Virus record (IMG/VR): IMGVR_UViG_3300031647_000934
Span: 1-26,624 of that record
Direction: 5' to 3' (one strand)
DNA length: 26,624 nucleotides
Source: a virus
Lineage: Duplodnaviria > Caudoviricetes
This document shows positions 22,501 through 26,624 of the stretch, one piece after another. Each line of letters starts with the position of its first letter. The first letter of the stretch is position 1. The notes under the pieces are model-generated. The model was not told the origin of the DNA and ran no database searches. It worked only from the letters and a program-made list of their open reading frames with translations. Made by a program: the position numbers and the translations under genes.

Positions 22501-25500
22501 TATAGGGTTTCCTTCAAAAGTACTTAAAGAAACATTTATAGCTATAGTACTAGGCCCCGTTCCCGAGATTTTTGTGAGCGGATTAACACTAGAGCTGTTT
22601 CCAGAAGGTGCTGTGCCTAGTGACCCAGCTCCACTCTTTTCGTAAATTTTATCGTTATGCCACACATATTCCGCATCTTCATACACAGCATAGTCAGTCC
22701 ATTTCTTGGCAACTTTACCTATAACATCTGTAAAGGTAACTTCGTCATAGGTAGTTCCTCCAACAGTTACAGCCGTAATAGTTTTTACTTTTCCTTGGAA
22801 CCTTAACTTGCTGTTTGTGTCTAATAATTTGTACACTGCATTTAAAGCAACAGACGTATTTGCAAGCAGCATTGTTACGTCTGATCGAGTATCACAATCA
22901 CGAGCTGCTTGTTTAAAAGAGTCTTGATCTAGGTCTTCTAGAACATTAAGACCTCTGCCATATCTTTCTGAAGTCAAGTAATCTACCAACTGTATAGTAG
23001 GGTTTAAAGAAACTCTTTTGTCTCCTTTATTTAGAATTCTAAAAGTATCGCCTGCTTGAGGGACTGCGATATTATCAAAAGGTTTATCAACTTTGGCAAC
23101 TCGAGTACCTCCATCATAGTCAACAATTGTATGTTTTTGAACGTGCGTAGAGTTATCATTATAATTTCGAGTAACTTCTACAATCATGCCATTATAAGCA
23201 TCATCCGTACTGCTAGAAGAGCTTGAGAGTTGTATACAATCTTTAATAATTACTTTAGCAGTTGATGCAAGCGAGGAGGCACCAGTAGCACCGCCTATGT
23301 CTCTAAGCACTCCAGAAGAGTTAGTAAACTCAAAAGTACTTCCCATAGTATCAATAATAGCAGCTACAGAGCCTGCTAAATCAGCATTATCAACTATTGT
23401 TACAAAGTCAGATATACTTACAGCTTCTTGAAGTGCAGTGCTTGGAGAGGTAAATGTGGCGTCTATACTACTACCTCCTGAGTTATCGGAGAATGCAGTA
23501 ACAGCGGTAAGAGTTGCAGGTACAGAGCTATCAACATAAACATTATCATGTGTAGCAAAACTATACTTTTGATTACTATCGTTTAACATATAAAAAGCAG
23601 TGTGCACAACATTACTACTATCAGTTCTGTCTAAGTCTTGGAATCTAACTCTATGAACATCGTTATTATTTGTATCTTTATAAGTAGATATATCGGCAAT
23701 AGTAGAAGTGCCTAGAGTAGCATTACTAGTGTTTTTTATAGTTACAATATCGCCTATATTAAAAGCGGTAATAGCCGCATCAGAGCCAGAATAAAAAGAA
23801 TCTTGTACAAAAGAATCATCGTAATCGTAACAATCTATAACCTTTCCTCTTACAACAAACTCTAAGTCGGGAATAGTTGTATCGCCTTCTCCTATTGTGT
23901 AGTGTGCGGTAACATAAGCCGTATCTAATAGTTGATGGTTAGGTCCCCAGTAATCTCCAGTACCTGTAAAATAGTCTGTTTGTACTTTAAAGTTACCTGC
24001 TGCAGCAATGGCAGATAAAGTATCATCTGATTTTTGAAAAGGTTTACCTGTGTGCATAGTAAGCTTCATAGGCAAAGGAGAGTCTAGTTTTGTTCCTTTT
24101 TCATGGTATATTCCGGCACCTTGAGTAGAGGCCCCGCCTGATACTGAAGTATCAGCAATAGGTGTGCGGTTACGAAGATATATGCCGTAAGCGCCATCAG
24201 TACCATTGTAACCTTCCCAGCCCGATCCAAAAGTTCCTGTCATAGGATTATAAGATACTGCTGTGCCAGAAGAAACGTTTTGTGCTGTTAAAGTGTCTCC
24301 TCTATCCATACGTCCGGTACATATAACTTCTGAGTTAGTAGCATCTCCACTTCGTGTAGTTAAGTCGTTTTTGTCAATACATATCGAAGACTGGTCATCT
24401 ATATATATGTCGTAAAGACCTCCGATCTCGCCTTCACACATTGCATAAGCTACATATACTTGCTTAGAGTCATCATTCTTTGTATCAACAAACACAGGAA
24501 AGCTTTGGATTCTTTGAACACCGTAAACTACAGGAAGTCTTTTTGCATCCAGATTAAAGCGTAAATCTACTTCGCGCTCTTCCTCTTCCTGATACTCGAC
24601 CTGCTTATAGGATTTCATTCCAAGCCAATTTCTCTTCATTTTCAACTTAGTCTTTGTTACCGTAACATTATAATTGGCAACAAGATTAAGTGCTTGTTCA
24701 GAGTGCATAAACCCTAGATCGCTGCCGTATTCGGGACGTATAAGTGCTAAAGAGTCAGATACCCCTTCTCCGTTTAAAGCTCTGTGCTCTGGGTCAGAAG
24801 TAAGACGACCGTTTACACGAACAAAGTCTCCCCAGTGACTAGTAAGACTCCAAGAAATCTTAGAGTCTTTTGTAACATCTTCGCTTAGTTTCGCGGAGGC
24901 TATAATCCCTTTAAAAAGTAAGTAAGGTGCTCCAATAATAACACCTGTGTCAGGGTTAATATGCGCTTTATATATAAAGACCTCTCGGTTTATGTACCCT
25001 GCGTAGCCGGTTCCTCCAGTGTCTTGAAGAATTGCTTGCACTTCGTCGGACGCAAAACTAAACGTATAGTTAGCAGATCCAGTAGATAAACTTGTTCGGT
25101 TGATAGGAGTATACGAGGCAGTTTTATTCTCATTAGAAAAAGAGTCGATACGTATCTTAGCAGTGTTGTTTGAGTTTGATGAAGTTAAAAGTATTGTGTC
25201 GCCTTCAGCAAAACCCGCATCTACTATACTAGACCCCGCAGTGAAAGTGGTGGAAGTAAATGTAGATACTGACGTAAAAGTAGTATTTAGAGCTATGGCA
25301 TCTATTTCTAAATTTATATTACTTGCGCGAGCTTGTATTGTTTCTGTAACACTGCCTACTTTCTTCAACCTGTTCGCAATATAAACTTGTGAGCCGTTAG
25401 CGTTTCCATTGATATCTTTGCTTCCATCATCAAAGGACACATCATGAGAGCCATCACTTATATAGGCGTAGTCTTTAGCTGTTTTAACGGGATAGCCTGT

Positions 25501-25605
25501 TTCCGTATCAATAGGTTTTTCGAATTTTACTAGGTGTGCATATGCAAAAGCATCATTCGCTAGTAAAGATGCTTCGAGATCTGCGTGTAGGGTTCTATGT
25601 GCCAT
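19507..25605 (-). CDS. Tail hub / central tip protein (T5 pb3 / lambda J-like) with extended C-terminal repeat domains (2032 aa)
   Basis: Follows Dit. Motifs LFKGII...SLTSHWGDF, RLPVVYG, AMCEGEIGG, NPTIQLVDYLTSERYGRG and FnIII-like ARLTWT...TEIWRS...FYWVRY. Four ~85-aa repeats and GxxG collagen-like linkers follow. Confidence 0.8.
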   Translation of the reverse strand: MAHRTLHADLEASLLANDAFAYAHLVKFEKPIDTETGYPVKTAKDYAYISDGSHDVSFDDGSKDINGNANGSQVYIANRLKKVGSVTETIQARASNINLEIDAIALNTTFTSVSTFTSTTFTAGSSIVDAGFAEGDTILLTSSNSNNTAKIRIDSFSNENKTASYTPINRTSLSTGSANYTFSFASDEVQAILQDTGGTGYAGYINREVFIYKAHINPDTGVIIGAPYLLFKGIIASAKLSEDVTKDSKISWSLTSHWGDFVRVNGRLTSDPEHRALNGEGVSDSLALIRPEYGSDLGFMHSEQALNLVANYNVTVTKTKLKMKRNWLGMKSYKQVEYQEEEEREVDLRFNLDAKRLPVVYGVQRIQSFPVFVDTKNDDSKQVYVAYAMCEGEIGGLYDIYIDDQSSICIDKNDLTTRSGDATNSEVICTGRMDRGDTLTAQNVSSGTAVSYNPMTGTFGSGWEGYNGTDGAYGIYLRNRTPIADTSVSGGASTQGAGIYHEKGTKLDSPLPMKLTMHTGKPFQKSDDTLSAIAAAGNFKVQTDYFTGTGDYWGPNHQLLDTAYVTAHYTIGEGDTTIPDLEFVVRGKVIDCYDYDDSFVQDSFYSGSDAAITAFNIGDIVTIKNTSNATLGTSTIADISTYKDTNNNDVHRVRFQDLDRTDSSNVVHTAFYMLNDSNQKYSFATHDNVYVDSSVPATLTAVTAFSDNSGGSSIDATFTSPSTALQEAVSISDFVTIVDNADLAGSVAAIIDTMGSTFEFTNSSGVLRDIGGATGASSLASTAKVIIKDCIQLSSSSSSTDDAYNGMIVEVTRNYNDNSTHVQKHTIVDYDGGTRVAKVDKPFDNIAVPQAGDTFRILNKGDKRVSLNPTIQLVDYLTSERYGRGLNVLEDLDQDSFKQAARDCDTRSDVTMLLANTSVALNAVYKLLDTNSKLRFQGKVKTITAVTVGGTTYDEVTFTDVIGKVAKKWTDYAVYEDAEYVWHNDKIYEKSGAGSLGTAPSGNSSSVNPLTKISGTGPSTIAINVSLSTFEGNPIVKKYNSNTTSFGTGYSLYDADNVKYWRYLGWDSPSQSQVTRHQTNAIVNTTSSVFENINAMLAHFNGMLRYVNGKYEIVVKTATDTFGTAQSIGDDDIIGAINVEDAGQKGTFNSVSVSIPDPQNRYNGRSVNFINSTYIKQDRNVPKKGNLKTPYITNYFNARINAKQYLEESRKNLKIAFKMEPKGLLLTAGSLIKVTNTRFNWSDKLFRLSNLTFTEDCLVNVTAEEHSEEAFLISTIDGGSVTGSDGGAPAIVTIAPHTNLSIPANSLKGGARLTWTNSAKFNSATHTTEIWRSSSNDVSTASIVGLSKSGLKSATGEFTDAVVTGGATFFYWVRYSVVNSTTVIKELNSVYVGSVSATTTDIVNGVDGDQGVNTAAVYAYKRASSALASSNKPSTTRTWTFATGTFNNTDLGNGWTSTVPSGTDDVYVCVAVSAAEADTDSVAASDWSAPQLFASNGADAVNSAPVFAYKRSASAVNNKPSTTRTWTFSTAAFNNINLGNGFTSTVPSGTDDIYICTAVASSVNSTDNVAAADWSAAELFASNGDDGDDGAAGIDGLTVVLSNENHSLLTTAGGTVTYTGSGTTIRLYEGTTELIYDGVGTASSRWKVTTTGVSVTAGSVADSGDFATVGNHSSMTANVASVTYNITGKRANGTAFSFSKIQSLTKTITGANGAAGSDGDDGGSGINTAVVYAYQRSTSNPGNKPSTTRTWTFAAGTFNSSSLGNSWTSTIPTGSADLYFCAAVANGTGATDTVEAGDWTAAQLFSSNGDNGTNGTNGSNGTNGSNGSNGDDGANGINTAPVFAYKRSTSNPGNKPSTTRTYTFSTGVFNSSSLGNSWTSTIPGGTTDLYICTAIASSTGSTDTVAAGDWSSAQLFAASGEDGDTGPSGFLFFLSGDSSTDTAHINVSGPAAGQIAIVENTSGVQAGYRYSGSAWVSKDLINTGVIVADAIQSEQLHISASSGNDRIFMDGTNNVIKIYAGGNLRVKIGNLA
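19845..21370 (-). repeat. Four ~85-aa domain repeats (NTAxVxAYxRS..NKPSTTRT[W/Y]TF..LGNx[W/F]TST.P.G..D.Y.C.A..D.V.A.DW.A..LF) in two pairs around an unrelated ~110-aa beta domain
   Basis: Visible in protein and DNA (aagtacgagtagtactagg occurs four times). Boundaries approximate. Confidence 0.85.
20117..20177 (-). repeat. 9-bp microsatellite encoding (NG[T/S])n collagen-like linker
   Basis: Tandem ttactaccg/ttagtaccg units giving NGDNGTNGTNGSNGTNGSNGSNGDDGANG. Confidence 0.85.
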
Positions 25606-25606
25606 A

Positions 25607-26332
25607 TTATAATGCTTCCTGTAGCTTTAATGAAAACGAGTATAGCCCGTCTACATTAAGAGAATATTGTTGTACATCAGATTTTAATAACACTCTGATT
25701 AGCGGATTATGAAATATTACACCAGACGCTGCATGTGTTACAGCTTTTGACAGACCCGGAGTAAACTGTATACGAATTTGATTCGTAGTAGGCTGTGCGC
25801 CTGTGTAGTCAGTATTAGTTTCTACTCTGGTAACTTGGTATGTTTTGTTATGGTTCGAGTCTGAGATATTGAATAAATCGCCGGGCTTTGGTGTTTTATG
25901 AGTTGCCACTACGTAGTCTGTACCAGTATCTCCGCTATCATTTGCTAGCAGCAACGAAGTAACCCCTCCTGCTGTATTAGTAGTAGGAAACAAATTAACC
26001 GGCCCATCTACATACGCTGCAAAAGTAGCATCTTGAGGTATTCTATTCTGAGGTAAAGATACTTTAAAAGGCGACATTCTACCTCTTTGAAGTATAAAGT
26101 TATATACAGGCTCAAATTGTTCACGAGTCATAGGATTGTATCCTATATCAATAGACCAACTCTGTTGCGCCTTTTGACGAGAAGTAATTCTTCCTGAGTT
26201 AGTTTGTGTAAACATAGTAGGAGACTTAGAAGAAAGCGCTACCGAAGCAAAGCCTTCTCCTCCAGTCCCGCTAGCTTTACCAGAGTCTGTTATTAAGTTA
26301 TTGGGGTCGGGTAATACGTCTGTATATGCCAT
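25607..26332 (-). CDS. Distal tail protein (Dit, T5 pb9-like)
   Basis: Lies between the tape measure and hub genes. QTNSGR..RQ...QSWSIDIGYNPM, PGDLFNI...KTYQV and C-terminal YSFSLKLQEAL resemble pb9-type Dit proteins. Confidence 0.7.
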   Translation of the reverse strand: MAYTDVLPDPNNLITDSGKASGTGGEGFASVALSSKSPTMFTQTNSGRITSRQKAQQSWSIDIGYNPMTREQFEPVYNFILQRGRMSPFKVSLPQNRIPQDATFAAYVDGPVNLFPTTNTAGGVTSLLLANDSGDTGTDYVVATHKTPKPGDLFNISDSNHNKTYQVTRVETNTDYTGAQPTTNQIRIQFTPGLSKAVTHAASGVIFHNPLIRVLLKSDVQQYSLNVDGLYSFSLKLQEAL

Positions 26333-26622
26333 TAGTATTTAGTAGCTCCTGCTGTAGAAGGGGTATATACTGCAGTGTCTATACCTTCCATAAAGTCTTG
26401 ACCGTATGAGTTTGCTGCTTCTCTCATCATGCCTATGAGGTTTCCTCTTTGATTAAGTAGTAAATCTTCTACACCACTTGCATCTACTGCATTGATAGAG
26501 AAGTTGACGTTTGTTGTTTCGCCCATGCCTTGTCCTGACGGAATAATGTTTCCTGGAGTTTCGGGCATAAAGACCTCTGGTCCTTGCTCACCCACTACAT
26601 AGCCTCCTCCGGCTCTGTGCTT
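26332..26622 (-). CDS. Tail tape-measure protein, C-terminal end (truncated by window edge)
   Basis: Frame is open to the edge: KHRAGGGYVVGEQGPEVFMPETPGNII...NVNFSINAVDASG, the 'rA.GG...VGE.GPE.f.P...G.I' motif of TMP C-termini. TAATG overlap with Dit. Confidence 0.8.
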   Translation of the reverse strand, partial: KHRAGGGYVVGEQGPEVFMPETPGNIIPSGQGMGETTNVNFSINAVDASGVEDLLLNQRGNLIGMMREAANSYGQDFMEGIDTAVYTPSTAGATKY

Positions 26623-26624
26623 AT

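Noticed and set aside
17766-25384. + strand ORFs within the tail genes (e.g. 20090-20404 with PLLPLVPL repeats, 22075-22416)
   Set aside because: Antisense shadows. The Pro/Leu repeat is just the reverse reading of the NG(T/S) microsatellite.
1-26624. tRNA or other structured RNA genes
   Set aside because: Intergenic gaps are short and accounted for by promoters, a terminator or small ORFs. No cloverleaf was recognised by eye; a covariance-model scan was not possible.

Overview
Segment of a T5-like (Demerecviridae-type) siphophage genome, probably from an environmental or marine lineage. Bases 1-9609 (+ strand) hold the replication/recombination block in T5 order: D10 helicase, D11 SSB, D12/D13 SbcD/SbcC, D14 and D15 nucleases. 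Three additions interrupt or flank it: an SDR-like gene, a JmjC oxygenase and a class II ribonucleotide reductase. A convergent terminator sits at about 9615-9639. Bases 9638-26624 (- strand) hold the tail block: tape-measure C-terminus, Dit, a 2032-aa tail hub/tip protein, a p132-like collar protein and small fibre-type proteins. An accessory cassette follows, transcribed with the tail genes: a 1428-aa Thr-rich protein, a small coiled-coil ORF, two glycosyltransferase-like genes, a 30-aa acidic peptide, a possible cupin-fold protein, a Coq4-family protein and a small membrane protein. The standout is the 1428-aa protein. It is two ~630-residue arms around a ~90-aa central domain, and the arms are mirror-complementary at the protein level. 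Read outward from the centre, their 4/6-residue units match in spacing, and an aromatic residue on one arm almost always faces a basic or aliphatic residue on the other (about 123 of about 126 pairs aligned by hand). This suggests a very long self-zipping antiparallel beta-hairpin fibre with a tip domain, possibly glycosylated by the neighbouring enzymes. All family assignments come from motif recognition and gene order, not database searches.
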